Below the pieces are notes generated by a model that saw only the letters and a program-made list of their open reading frames with translations, was not told where the DNA came from and made no database searches. The position numbers and the translations under genes were made by a program. A stretch of 63,371 nucleotides of DNA, filler included, from Lenisia limosa (Eukaryota > Protista > Breviatea), in assembly GCA_001655205.1 (NCBI GenBank). It is 14 parts of 14 records of this genome, joined end to end, with 100 filler letters (N's around TTAATTAATTAA, not from the genome) between each part and the next. Parts side by side here need not be neighbours in the genome. Positions count along the whole stretch, not along the records: positions 29,143 to 38,581 come from LPNZ01004559.1; positions 38,682 to 55,348 come from LPNZ01011687.1; 12 more parts are not named here. One strand, given 5' to 3'. Shown here piece by piece: positions 36,341 through 49,726 of this stretch. How positions within the stretch are numbered: the stretch's first letter is position 1; the number at the start of each line of letters is the position of its first letter.

Positions 36341-38558
36341 TCATTGGGCTCTTCTGAAATAATTAGAATGTGGGTCGGAAGTTGGTTTACATGTAAGTAC
36401 ACTAGATTCCCATGTAAGTACACCAGATTCCCATGTCAGCACAGCAGATTCCCATGCAAGTACGGTTGGAACCAATGTGGAGCGCTTGGCAAAACAAGCT
36501 AGCGGGTACTCTGAATGACCTACCTGAACTCCTGTGCCAGTCGCATGAAGTGGTCGGCAGACGCGATCAAAAGCGCATATGTTGGACCAATCTAACGGAT
36601 AATCAAGGGGGATGATCTTCAAAAAATAGAATTACCAAAGGCTGACTTTGATGTGAATTCATAATTACTTTTCGTGAGTTTCATGAATACAAGGTAAAAA
36701 TTAGCCCTTATTACAATCTAAAATAGTCCCTGATTTGATACTTTTACGACCATAGCTTACTTTCAAGAAGTTAAGGGCCCAGCCACGGTAGAGCCCTCTT
36801 AGACCCTCTTTTTTGATGAGGTTGAAGGCCACTCCTGACATGGCTAAAATGTTCACGATTCATTTCCAAAATGTGTCTCAAATCACAAATGATACGATAC
36901 GTATTATTATATTATGAGCACATGCTGCATAAAATAGCGAGATACATAACATCCCTACATTTTGATGAGATGTCCGGAATATTATGAACAGCAGCCATTC
37001 CATGGCCTTGAAGGACTTTTCTTAGAGTATCGAAGGGGTACGCCAATGTCTAAGGATAGTGAATACAAGTGGAATGAAGGAATATCTACACCGTGTGATT
37101 GAATTGACCCAGCCTCCCCACCTGAGCAACTGTAGCAGCCACGCACCCGTTAAAAGCTGATTCTAAAGGCGCTAAATAATAACACTGGATCAAATGTGTC
37201 TCAATAAAAAACAGAGCGAAAAAGGCTCAATTATGCTTACAAATCTTTCTTGTTTTAGGTTTTCCAAAGACCGAGTAAATGGAAGTATAAGTCAGGAACG
37301 TTCCCCCTGCAAGAGGCACGGTACCCAACATTGTGGCTGTACACCCTCGAAAAAGTCCTGCCATGCCTAAATAGATTTGAGAGGGGGATACCCAGATTTG
37401 AGGATAGAAGAAGACCTGTTATGATGACTATTTGACATGCTGAAGGCAGCAATGATTTAATAATAATCAATAAGGGTCCCCCCCCCCACCTTCGGCTTGA
37501 CCAACTTTGATAAGACAGTCCACTATTCCATTATAAACGCGAGGGACTCCCTTTAGCCTAAAATGGGAAAGCGTCACAAATGAGAAGGGATGTTTTTTAA
37601 TTGCGATCTCCAATGGCATACCCCTAACCTTGGCTGTATCACAAGCCGGGTTTTGACGACATCAAGAGGGTATATCGCCAAGGACGCTACACAGCCACTG
37701 GCTAGCCCTGCCATGAAAGCCTTTTCAGTGCTAAAGGGGAAATTACGTTTGCATGTTCATGTGAGGACTAGTACCTCATATCTTTGACAGGCACTCCCGG
37801 AGAAAACGTCCTATTAAACGCTTGGAAACATGCGTAATGAGCGAGAGCAAAAGGCGCAATTTTCGCGATGGACACCCATGAGCCTTTTGTGTCAGAACTG
37901 CGGTAAGTTCAAAACCCCCCAATAATGTCTATCCTTGAACAGTATCTGAATATGATATGTTTCTTGTAAATAGTACTTCGCGGGACCAACCTTTAAAGAG
38001 AGCCTGGAACCCCTCTCTATACGCAATCTTGGTGGCTGCAATGGGGAAGAAATGGTTTGCAATCGGACTGCCACACTACAATTCAATTATCACGTTTTAG
38101 ATTCTTCATATACCTCTTGCATTACTCTATATTTTTGTTGCTTGCACCCACTCCTCACCTGGCGCATAACTTTTACTGCATCTATTGGCCCAACCGCTAT
38201 TCGAGAAAACACCGCCGCACCAGCACCTATACCGTTAAGGCACAAAAAAAGCTGCAGGGTTGCAGGCAAGGCAGTAGATCAATGGACTTTTATTGAGCAT
38301 ACGAATAGTGAAAATATTCCTTTTCTCACCAGAAAATAAAGTCGTAGCCCCAGGGAAGCGAGTGTCCAGCTTGTGGAAGGTAACCATTAGCTATCACATT
38401 AGTTGACAACATCATATTATCATGGATTGGGGTTCAGAACTGAGATTACCAGGTAGAATGGACCTGAAAGAATATCTGCATACATTGTCCGAGAACGAGA
38501 GTGGAGACGGCTGAGGTGGTGGTGGTGGAGGCTCAGGAGTTGATGAGAACGGCCACAT
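36341..38558 (-). CDS. Mitochondrial carrier family (SLC25) protein
   Basis: Three PxD/ExxK/R signatures (GPIDAVKVMRQ, YPLDVVKTRL, YPFDTLRKVLQ) plus EGFQALFKG, GMAGLFRG and EGLRGLYRGW. The 3' exon structure is uncertain. Confidence 0.85.
36390..36463. repeat. 21-bp tandem repeat x3.5
   Basis: Unit catgtaagtacac(t/c)agattcc; reads VLTWESx on the minus strand. Confidence 0.85.
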
Positions 38559-38754
38559 TGTATAGGTGTGTGTGTGTGTGTNNNNNNNNNNNNNNNNNNN
38601 NNNNNNNNNNNNNNNNNNNNNNNNNTTAATTAATTAANNNNNNNNNNNNNNNNNNNNNNNNNNNNNNNNNNNNNNNNNNNNCCAACAAGAATTCCAAATA
38701 CAAGAAAGAAGAATAAACAAAGCTGAAAATTTTGAGGATTTTATCAAGACTTTC

Positions 38755-40330
38755 TTACCTCAGGAGACAAATGAATATTATGACCGTCTGTCATTTCCAG
38801 ACAAGGGTTTGAAGGCCTGCTGCTCATCTCAACAGACTTTCGACGATGGGCTTGAATATAGGTAGGTATTGAGAACATTGCGGGATTTGAGACTCCTTCA
38901 CATTTGTACAGCGACTCAGCATCGCCTTCAATGACTTCAATAGATGGGGGAAACACATTGGGGTCACATCCAGGATCGTCGAATTCGGGGCCCCAACCAT
39001 CAATTCTATCCAAAGCCGATTTGAACCACGCGCCTATCGCTGGAGGATGATGTTTTGAGGCGCCGTTTTCTTGATTTTCCTTGGCCTTGCTTGATATATC
39101 ATCACCTCCCAGAATATAATGGCTTGTTACCATTTCACCTGCAAGAGATAGGACAGTCAGACATGAGACACGAGGGTTTCCTTCAAAATCACCAAAGAAT
39201 TTGCCCATGAATGCAGTCTCATCCGAAAACAGTATTCGACTTGGAGAAAGGGACACATTGGGGGTAGAATCTAGGTAGGCAGCAGAGAGAACTCGTGCAG
39301 CCTTCATTGCTCGTGATTTTTGGTACTTTTCAACAATAGACTCAATCTCTTGCAAACTAATTTTCACGGGTTCACTGAAGCTTTCGAAAGCAGTGGCTCT
39401 TACAGACTCAAGCATTGGCGAAAGATCTTGGTTGATATTCAAATAAGGATCTAAAAAGGAATCAATCATGTAAGAGTTTCTTACCATCTTTGTTATAGCC
39501 GTCTGACAAAGCTCGGCAGGCAGATAAGTAGATTGAAATGATAGATTCTCTTGCGAAAAATAGTTTCCATTCACACACAGCTTTTTCATCAGCATCCAGT
39601 CCATCAGAGCATTCACACCCCTTCTTAATATATTTCATCGCCCTGAGTAACTGATTGTATACTCTTCCATTGAACATGGTGTATTCAACCTATAATAAAT
39701 TATAATAACTAATCACATACCCAATACTAGGTAACACATTTCCTACCTGGCATTTTCTCTGACGATTGCTGTCCATGGACGACGTATGCAGAGAATCCTT
39801 CAAGATATTGTAAGCCGTACTTCTCTTTGAATTGAAGCCATTTTGCTGTGAAAGATGAGCAACAACTTTGGCGTCAATTTTCAGTCCATTCTAATGGAGT
39901 TAAAACAGAAATATTGACAAACGGAATGCATTTCTTTGATTTTCGACACTGTTTTCCTCCTCTTTTGGTCATTGGATTTTCTTCCAGGTGTAAGGTTATG
40001 AATGTCTTTCCCTTTTCCTTGATTGTAAAATACATAACTCACACTAACCTTCTTTATAATTGGTGGAAGAGTTAGTTCATCATTTGCATCATCATAATGT
40101 TGTACATCAGGGATATATTGAGTAAATTTTGAAAGAAAACATTTTGACTGAAAAGGGTGAATGGGTGTACCAAATATGCAAAATTTACTCTTACATTGGT
40201 ACTTGCTGCCAAGGCAAGAGCATCTTCATACTTTCTGCACTGTGCTAAAAGATACGCTTGTTGTACGTCATCAGGTATGTCAGTCCACTTTTCGTATCGG
40301 CCAACATGCTGATCCAAAGTGATCATCTCC
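38755..40330 (-). mobile_element. Intron-containing DDE-transposase-like gene (IS66/MULE-like motifs), partial
   Basis: RILFSDETAF ... VIEGDAESLYK ... YIQAHRRKS in the 290-aa ORF. Upstream exons are joined by GT-AG introns (e.g. 39446-39479), and a donor near 38758 shows the gene runs off the contig. Confidence 0.45.
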
Positions 40331-40814
40331 TGGAAGTTTTACGAGATAACTCAACAGAACAGCAAATTTACTGAAAACCTACCTCATAAACGTGTTCTCC
40401 AGCGAATTCTGCGTTTCCAAGTGTGTTACTTTATAAGGCANNNNNNNNNNTTTATTATTATTATTATTTTTCCTGCAGCTTTCGGTGGTTTTTTTCTTTT
40501 TTTCTCTTTGAAACAAAATGTCTTTTTTAGTTATCATTGGGAACATTGACTTTGCATATTCAACGGCTTAGTTGCAAATTTGCAGGTGTTTTAGCTGTTG
40601 TAATGAGTAGTTATGCTTCCATCTTTACCATTTTTTTTTCAAAAAACACAGATATCGAAAAAAACACAGATAAATGGACGGTGTGATATATTATCATATA
40701 TGTAGCCACGTGGTTTTTACGAGACTTGTTTTCAGCCCCCGTGTGTTGCTAGCCAACAGAGTTTATTTTGAGCTTTTATATTGTTTCATAATTTTTCCAA
40801 TTTTACTCTCCCAG

Positions 40815-43800
40815 AAGAGCCCTATGACCTCATTCTGGGCAATGATGTGATGTCGCAATTTAAGTATCAAATCACTGGTACTACCCTAGTTTATATGATG
40901 CCTGTTCTTCCAAGAGTTGGGGGGGGGGGGATCATGAATTAAAAATTGGTCTTATTTTTATGNNNNNNNNNNNNNNNNNNNNNNNNNNNNNNNNNNNNNN
41001 NNNNNNNNNNNNNNNNNNNNNNNNNNNNNNNNNNNNNNNNNNNNNNNNNNNNNNNNNNNNNNNNNNNNNNATACTGATCATACCATCTAAAACATAGGCA
41101 TACAATGAAATTATTTCATTTTTTTATCGGTGAATACATATCCGTTGAACTGTGTGATTATGTAAAGAGTATCATATGATATATTATATTTGTTTTTATT
41201 ATTTATTTTTTTTGCAAGTGTAGAAACGTTAATTTGTAAAGAAGAAAAGGAAACGAACTATACAAAAAATAAAATGATTAGAGCTAGATGTGGAAGATAG
41301 TCACCAGGGGAGAATTGGGGGGGAGGGGAGAGGTAGTGCTTATCCTCTTGTATTTTAGAGTTGTAAGGCAAATGATTGGATAAATTAGTAATATAACAGT
41401 ATAATCCAGTATCTCCAATAAACGTGGTTTGGACGGCTTCGGTCAGATTCAGCCTTTTTTTATTACTCTTCTCTATGTTATACTATGGTACACTTTATGA
41501 TGTGATAATGGGGTTTCCATTATCATTAGGTTTATTCTGAATAATGTTGTGCATTTCTTAACTGTCTTAAAGGACCCGATTAAGGATCCTTATGAAGTCC
41601 TGGCGTCCAACAAAACCGTTTTCCCCTTCCTGCGCTTGAACGGAGAGAGTACAATAATCAAGAGTATCAACCTTACGTATGCGATTGTTGAAGAGGGGGA
41701 TACAATGGAACACTGACCATGAACCACGAAAAAATGCACTGTGAAAATATGTACCATAGAACCGGCTTGTTTCACAAAGGCCGTTCCATACGAACTATAT
41801 CCTATGTTGTATGTATATCAAGTTATAGCATATCATATGCATATTATATACTGTATATCATAAAAACCACACTATTACTGTGTTTATAGAGAATTTATTG
41901 AACATTTCATCCAATGATTTTTTTTAATTTATCCATAGATTATTGTTATTTTGATAGGCATATGTAATAGTTCCTGTTTATGGTTTAGATTTTCTGTGAT
42001 CCCCGTAGGTCACTGATAGATGACGCCACTATTCGCTTATCTCCCGGTCACTTCAAAAAGACTACGAAGGACCCACTGGCCTACCTTGTGCGAACCAGTG
42101 GGGGAGGGGGTCTAAATAAGCAAAACGATCAGTGAAATATCGATATATTTCGAGGATTTATCGAGAAATTCACTCTTTTTTTCGAACCGAAGTGAGTCCC
42201 GAGTTCTGAAAACACAAATCAAAAATTCATTCGGTTTTAGTACAATTGTAATTGTTGCAAGATTGGTGTCTCATCTTACATCTCGAAATGACGGGTTTAG
42301 AAGAGCTACTCTTCCGAAACTTCCCCCTCGTCACTTTCTGTGAACGTTACGTCGACTTCAGCGTAAGCTGATACCGTTAACTATGATTACGGAATCTTTT
42401 TTTTGCAGTATATTTTATTTTATGTATATATATAATACTATGTAAATAAATATGCACTGACCCAAATAGTCTTGATCGATTTTCCTGCGGAAATCACATA
42501 CCAAATCGGTCAAGACTTATCCCGGTCACTGTATAGTATTTAATATAACTTTTGATTCCCCCTATTAGCCTTGATCTCAGTCCATTCCCTTAACCTTCTA
42601 GATTTCTGTGTACACCAAAAAAGGCATTTTTGAAGTTAAGTTCCAACACCCTTTCATAGGTGAGTATTGACTGGGACCCCTTTAGTGAATTGAGACATCG
42701 ATTCATCACAAATAATGGCATTTGGATACTGTAACGAAAAAAACAATTGCATTTGGATATTGTAACAAAAACAAACAATTGTATTTGGATATTGTAACGA
42801 GAACAAATAATTTTGGATATTGTAACGAGGACTTCTAACGCTTTAATTACATACTTTGTCCCTGTATTTCCTCAAAACATTAATTTCTCTGAAGCCCAAA
42901 TATAACACCTAACAGACTCTTGTTTAACTGGTTGATCAACCCTTTTTTCAATATTTCGAAGGCAGATTTAATTTCTCGTTTCTGTTTTTGAACATCTGTC
43001 GCTTTACATTTGGTACATCTTTTTGGTGACAGCAACTCCACAGCCGAACCTGTGAGTAAATAGATCAGCATTACACGTACAGACAACTTATTTAGAGGCT
43101 TGACTGTCGACAAATCGCTACAGCTGTCTTAACTACTAAAGTTCTACTGAATTCCAATTTTATATTGCCTCAAAAAGCTGTGTAAAATAACGCAAACTAC
43201 CACTTTTAGAATACAAAACAAGCTAGCATTATATTTTTGGAGGTTGAACTCCCCCATCTTTTTATCTTTGACATTTCTTCATCATGAAGTTGGTCTTTTT
43301 ATCATTGACATTGCTTCACCATGCAGTTCACTGGTTTGTTGAGGGCATGGCGTCGGATCTGCCTGTCACACTGCATCTTGAATATAATGACCTAGACCAT
43401 TCGGTGGGGGGAGGGGGGTAAGCAAGAGAAATAATATGTTACATTAGAATTATTAGGATCTGTTTTCACTCTGTCATCAGATGTTGTTTTTCTTTCGTAT
43501 ATCAAGGCCCCATATACCAATAGAAGAAGCAACATACTTGCTATCATTTCGAGATTCAACAATTACGTCCTCTTATCATTTAGAGTGAAAAGGAAACTGT
43601 TGAGGAAGATCCACCCCCGGAATTTCTTCTTGAAAATGTAGGCCTTTTAGGGCTCAGTGCATTTAATTGAAAAATTAATTCCAAAATTTTTAAAGTGGGG
43701 CATTTTTTAACGAGAACAGGGTCTGAAATGGCTTTCTCGTAACAACTCATAACGCGTCAAATTTTTAAACCAATATCACGGGGCCCTACCTTAGATTTTT

Positions 43801-44567
43801 AACAAGTTCAAGTTCATCATTTCAGATCTTCAAGGATATTATGTCCACATTCTTTCTTTTCATATACAATGACCAGGATAAGTCTTGACCGTTTTTTCCT
43901 TTGACAATCATTGGGCAAATCAGTCAAGACCTATCCCGGTCACTGTATATCACGTAGCAAATCGGTCAAGACTTATCCCTATATCAAACTGGTTACTTTA
44001 TTTTTACAACGCAGAAGCAATTCTGGCTGCAAGTCTTCGTCAAGTCTCTTGAGGTTTGCGGTATAGTGAGTAGTGTCTTTTCCTCAGAAAATGGTCTTGT
44101 TAGATGGACATTCGTGGTGAAGGTGGTGATGATGAAGGTGGTGATGAGTGTGATGATGGTTGTGGTGATGATGATAATGGTTATGGCGATAGATAGTGGT
44201 GATGATGAAGGTGATGATGAAGGTGGTGATGATGGTGATGATGATGGTGATGATGATGAAGATGGTGGTGATGATGAGGATGTTCCTTTACCTGGTAACT
44301 TGTGCAGGTATCACCCCATACTTAAAGCAGTTTTCATGTGATATTGAGTATTTGTATGGCAATTGGATTTTCGGACAGTATTATGTCACTGGAATGAGCT
44401 GAGGTTTGTTNNNNNNNNNNNNNNNNNNNNNNNNNNNNNNNNNNNNNNNNNNNNNNNNNNNNNNNNNNNNNNNNNNNNNNNNNNNNNNNNNNNNNNNNNN
44501 NNNNNNNNNNACCGAGACCTTCGAATGGACGCTCTCATGAAATTTGCTCCTTCAAAGGTATTTTGGT
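40815..44567 (+). CDS. One or more uncharacterised multi-exon genes
   Basis: Exons with canonical boundaries: EEPYDLILGNDVMSQFKY (40815-40915), SLIDDATIRLSPGHF, HWFVEGMASDLPVTLHLEY, SEKETVEEDPPPEFLLEN, RDLRMDALMKFAPSK. Linkage between them is not established. Confidence 0.35.
42721..42829. repeat. About 31-bp tandem repeat x4
   Basis: Unit tttggatattgtaac(g/a)a..acaa(a)caattgta repeated. Confidence 0.8.
44110..44282. repeat. (GAT/GGT)n low-complexity trinucleotide tract
   Basis: Continuous gatgatgaaggtggtgatgat-type sequence. Confidence 0.8.
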
Positions 44568-45345
44568 TTTCCTTTAAGCAGATCTCTGAAGTAAGTGGTT
44601 CTTATGCCCATATTAAATGCGATTCATATATCTTCATAATTCCTTCTTGTCTTTCACAGTTGATTTTAGCCGCAACGGTCAAAATATCTTCCATTTTCTT
44701 TCATTTCGGTCCTTACCTGTGTTCTTTGGTCTGAAAACACAAAATTTACTCCAAACAAACAAATAATTGCATAGTAAAAGGCCTAACATTCGTTTTAATT
44801 GACTGCAAAAACTGTCCAACTTGGAAACCTGCTTAAAGTTACCATATAAAGATCAAAAATTGTAGTCCAGAGTTTAGAGAGTTACTGGTGTAGTGGAACC
44901 TGGAGGTTGCTGAAATCTGCCTTCGCAATCTAGCGAAATACTCTCATGAAAGCGACATTTTCAAGNNNNNNNNNNNNNNNNNNNNNNNNNNNNNNNNNNN
45001 NNNNNNNNNNNNNNNNNNNNNNNNNNNNNNNNNNNNNNNNNNNNNNNNNTTGTCATCATCATATAATCTCTCTCTTCTACATCATCACTATTATCGACAT
45101 ATTTTGGCCCCATCCTCATGCACCATATTAATATCGCACTATTTTCATTGCCATGATCTTCATCAATCGTGACTTTATTCATCTTATCATCAATACATGT
45201 CAAAATCACTTGTTTTTATAGAACGAAAAACACATTAAATCAAATTCATGGATGCAAACAAGTACATACCATTGGGGTTTATTATCGAGAAATTTTGTCT
45301 TTTGTAACGGCAGAGAAGCCCAACATAAGGTATATATGTGTGTCC

Positions 45346-45900
45346 TCAAAGCTCCGGACAACATTCAAAATTCACCGGACACATCAAAACTCCCGGACAG
45401 CTTGAAGTTAACCCCTTGTATGGGTCAACGGTAGTTTAATACAAAACTGGTTGGACAGATATATAGAGAAAATGACCTCTTAATGTTCCCCAACTTTTTT
45501 TTTTCAATTTTGAGCAAGTGTCAAAAATCCGTGAATTTGGTCTCCCGGGGGTGTCCCCTTTTGCCTTTTCACGTCTAAATCTATCCCTCTTTTAGTGTTA
45601 AGAAACAAAAATTTGTACCCCTCGGAGTAATTGNNNNNNNNNNCTATTCCTTGAATGTGGCCGATTATAACGGTTTTGGTTCTTTTTGGCAGTTTAAGGG
45701 CCGCAAAATGGGTAGCCAAGTGACTTAATTTGGGTTTGAGCCAAGAATATGTAAAAACGGCATTCTATCCTGTGATTATGACTGAAATTACTTTCGAAAA
45801 TAACGGGAATATGAAGTTTATAGTACTTTTATCGGGAAAATTCAAGCTGTTCGGGAGTTTTGATGTATCCAGATGTTTTGAATGATGTCCGGAGCTTTGA
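45346..45900. mobile_element. Non-autonomous element of about 555 bp with about 60-bp imperfect TIRs
   Basis: tcaaagctccggacaacattcaaaa...tcccggacagcttgaa (45346-45406) is the reverse complement of 45841-45900; no coding capacity. Confidence 0.75.
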
Positions 45901-45924
45901 CTATACAGTATATACATATAAATA

Positions 45925-48524
45925 CCCCGGTCTGAATGCGATCACCAGTATGAATGCGATCACCAGTATGAATGCGATCAGGNNNNNNNNNNCAACATGA
46001 CGGCCACGTCCGCGTCCACGTCCGCGTCCACGCCCACGTACTCTTCCAACAGAAGGTTGGCTTCTCTCTCTACTACCTCGTTTTCCTTACGGGCCTTTTC
46101 TTGTTGGCGCTCCTTTGCTATCTCGGCGGCAACTATGTCGATGTTGGTGCGATGAGCTGTTGTTGGAGGACCGTGCTTTCCAAAGACTTGCGTTTCAATG
46201 GAGAGACGGGTTCGTCAAAGTTGCCTCCAATGAAACCAGGACAGCGACGGAGTAGGACAGAAGGACGGATCTCAATCTTGGGTTCGTCTGAAGTGAGTGC
46301 ATTCCCAAAGATACCAGCACGTTCAAAAGCGCTTTGAACGGAAAGAGGATCAAGGGCTTGGGAAAGTGCCGAGAGTCCGGCAGCAAGAAGTAACACTCGA
46401 AGGCCAAGGGACTTGTTGCTTGTTTCAATGGGCTTTGAGATGCGGTCAAGAATTGAAGACAATTTTGACTTGAACGAAGGTGACAAGACAAGATCGAGTG
46501 GTTGGGTGCCGTGAGAAGTGTGGGAAGGGAGAAGGAAGAGTATTATGTTCTCCTCAGCCAAGATATCGAGAGCAGCAGGGGTGAGCCGAGAGGTGTGGCC
46601 GTTGGTGAGCAGAAGAGCAGGAGCATCAGCAGGAAGAGAACCATTTTGGCGAGATCTTCTGACGTGGGGGACAATGACGCTGCGAACATAGTGGAGGAAA
46701 GAGTCGGAATTCTGAAATAATTATTAACAGTTTCTCAAAATACAGTGTCTCCATCATACAATCCATCCTTTTGGCGAATACACTGCTTCAGCTTTGTAAG
46801 CCTCTAGGAGCGGTTTCTCTTCGGTGATGGTCTTCTGGGGAAGAAGAACAAGTTTCTTGACTTGTTGCAGGTTGGTTCTAAAAAATATTATTTTCAATAA
46901 AAAAAAATAGTTAATACGAACCCGATGGTTGTGACAAGAGTCATATGCTTGACTGAATCGCCTTTAGTCTTGACGGCCTCTTTCGCTTGCTTCAGAGTGA
47001 TGACCTTGGTCTTCCTTTCAATGATGTCAAGCATTGTCTCATCCATATTAAAAATGAGCCTCGGGTGAATCTGAAGATGATACATAAATAAAATGAACAA
47101 ACCTTGAATTTCTCAAGTACCTTGGTAAGATTTCCAATATAGGTTTGGATTTTATTGACATTAAATGAGTCAACATGTGCCTTAGTAACACGACGAGGCC
47201 ACTGGAATTAATTATATTATATTAATTGTATTCTTTTATAAAAGTGATTAAATAAACCCAACATACAACGCACTTGAGAGAAGGGTGACGGTTAATGAAT
47301 CCATCAACAAAGTCAGGACCAGGGGAGATAACCTTGCCTTCAAGCATATAAGCAAGTCTTTTTGCCTATAGTATGTCAGTCAAGCGTATAGATGACACAG
47401 AATAATAAATCACGCCTACAATTTCAATAACGTCATTCTTTGTGATGTGCTGATCGTCCATGATTTTGATGTAACACTCAATCAAAAGTAAATCTTCAGT
47501 GTCTTCAGAAATGACTTTTTGACCTCCTCGCGTCTTAATGGACTCACTTCACTTCCTTCAGCATTGATATATTTGGAGACAGTAGAAGTTGAAACACAAT
47601 ATGACGCAATGTACCGGTTGGTCATGGTGACTCTTTTCCCAATTGAAACATCATAAAAATTCACTCTCTTGAGGGCTTTGACCTTCATAGTGAATAATAA
47701 TCAGGTTTAACAGTGTTTTGGAATAGACAGATTGAATAGTGAGGTCATAATTTTCCTAGACAGATACATACCTGTTCAACAGGAAGGGCGGATCTGAAGG
47801 GAACTGCAGTTGACTCAGAAGCTACAGTCATTGCATCAATGGCTCTGCGTGCAGGGAGAGAAATACACTCAGGGTAGAAAGTGGTGAAAGCTACAGCTAA
47901 AGTGGTTGGATGTAGCTGTTGATTCCGGTATCAATGTTTATCAGTAGGTATTTTATAATTCCAACTAAGAGAAAGAAGAGAAAAGAAAAAAACAAAAAAA
48001 GAAAAGAAAGAGAAGAAAAAAGAAAAAAAAATAGCCCATACTTGGATTCGAACCCTTGTGGGGAGACTTGACGCTGTTGCTGGCCATGTTGCTGTTGTTA
48101 TTGACGCTAAAGGGAGTTAATATAAGGCCATATGTTACGGAATAACCTACTTCTGCTTTGTAGCTCACTCCTTGAAGGTCCGTTCTAATGTTCTCTTGAA
48201 AAGAAAAGTATAAATTTTAAATGTTCAAAATCAAAGTAAAGAGGTCTATTTTTCAAAAAAATAAAGCTGATAAAGGAATTGGATGACCAAAGTTCGGTTC
48301 AAAAATTAGTCTCTTAAATATTATTTTCTAATCTGATTTAAAATACTCTCAGGATTAAAACGCACATATTTTGTCAAAAATACTTGTGTTTTTGGGATTA
48401 TAGGGATTATATAATAAAAAAACACTACCTTCCTGATCGCATTCATACTGGTGATCGCATTCATACTGGTGATCGCATTCATACTGGTGATCGCATTCAT
48501 ACTGGTGATACATTCAGACCGGGG
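45925..48524 (-). mobile_element. Complete pogo/Fot1-like (Tc1/mariner superfamily) DNA transposon, 2.6 kb
   Basis: TIRs begin CCCCGGTCTGAATG and contain tandem 18-bp units (gaatgcgatcaccagtat). TA flanks both ends (45923-24, 48525-26), and the element encloses a transposase gene. Confidence 0.92.
46133..48087 (-). CDS. pogo-family DDE_1 transposase with spliceosomal introns; second catalytic Asp reads Asn
   Basis: CVSTSTVSKYI (HTH), GPDFVDGFINRHPSL (CENP-B-like HTH), LIFNMDET, HMTLVTTIG, LLLTNGHTSR, LPSHTSHGTQPLDL. 35 residues separate N from the last D. The start codon is a guess. Confidence 0.88.
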
Positions 48525-49726
48525 TACTTATATATCATATGTAGGTATACAATATAAAATCCTGTTTTTTTATGCACTTAGTCCTTCGTCCAAATACTAA
48601 TCATATAGAAAGGTGTCGGTGTGTTCCACCATTTCTTAGAGGTGGCAATTGATTGGAGAAAGGTGTTTGGGGGTAATTTAGATAATAATAAATGATAAGC
48701 AGTTTAAATAATAGAGCCCAGGCTTCAGGAGAAAAAAAGATTGGAAATTCCTTAGATGAAGCTTCAGATTTATTACATCTTTAGTTTTCAGTTTCTGTTA
48801 AATTGACTACTTTTATATCTCGGAGGCCCATAGTAAATCTGTCAGTTTAAAGCGGAAGTCTGCTTAAATTGCGAAAACATTGTTTTTTTTTGGAATTTCG
48901 CCCGCTTTTCCATGTAAGATTGCAAGAAAGATGCACTTTTCTGAGTCAGCTCCAAGAGAATTGGAAACATTAATATTGTGTTGTTTTCTAGGTCTTTTCC
49001 TGAAATATTGGTCAAATCATATAGTTTTCAAGTCTAAAATAACCCATAGAAAGTGCTAAATTGCCTTAATTTAGATCACTATTTCACAAAGTGGTGTAAA
49101 ACAGAGACATTACTATGCCCGATAAAGGAATTCAGCTGATAATCTCACAGAATTATACATTTGTCCACCCCAGAACAATAATTGTACAAATTTGCTCTAA
49201 AAATTAAGCAGACTCCCATTTTACTTCTCAGTCTACAAGCTCTCACTCACCCCCCCCCCCCNNNNNNNNNNNNNNNNNNNNNNNNNNNNNNNNNNNNNNN
49301 NNNNNNNNNNNNNNNNNNNNNNNNNNNNNNNNNNNNNNNNNNNNNNNNNNNNNNNNNNNNNNTTGTTGCGGTGGGATGAGGAAATAATGGTTCAACTTTA
49401 TTACGTGGTGATATTATTTTTAACATTGATAGGACATTACTGATACTCATTATACGACTAAATCAAGCCTTAATATATATTGTTTTCATTCCTTTCTTGA
49501 TGTAAACAGAACACCTTTTCAGCCACTATATTTGAATTTTGGCAATTAATTTCCCCCAAGTAATATTGTGATGATACATCAAACTATTGATCAAAGCAGT
49601 ACTGCTGAATAGAACTTGGTTGAAAGGAAATACAGAGGTGCTCTTTATCGTTATTTATCAAGGATTTATCGATATTTGTATCTTGCATTTATCAATATTT
49701 ATCAAAAGCGATATTTTCTGACTTTC

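Noticed and set aside
40815-40915. YDLILGNDV as a retroviral aspartic protease or family-16 methyltransferase
   Set aside because: One short motif fits both; no DTG/DSG catalytic motif or SAM motif I was found nearby, so it is left unassigned.
44066-44402. Met/Val- and Asp-rich ORFs
   Set aside because: Products of a GAT/GGT microsatellite with no splice or homology support.
45925-45981. CRISPR-like short direct repeats (also 48430-48520, 60383-60477, 10643-10820)
   Set aside because: Head-to-tail units with no unique spacers, eukaryotic context and no cas genes; the first two are transposon TIR arrays.
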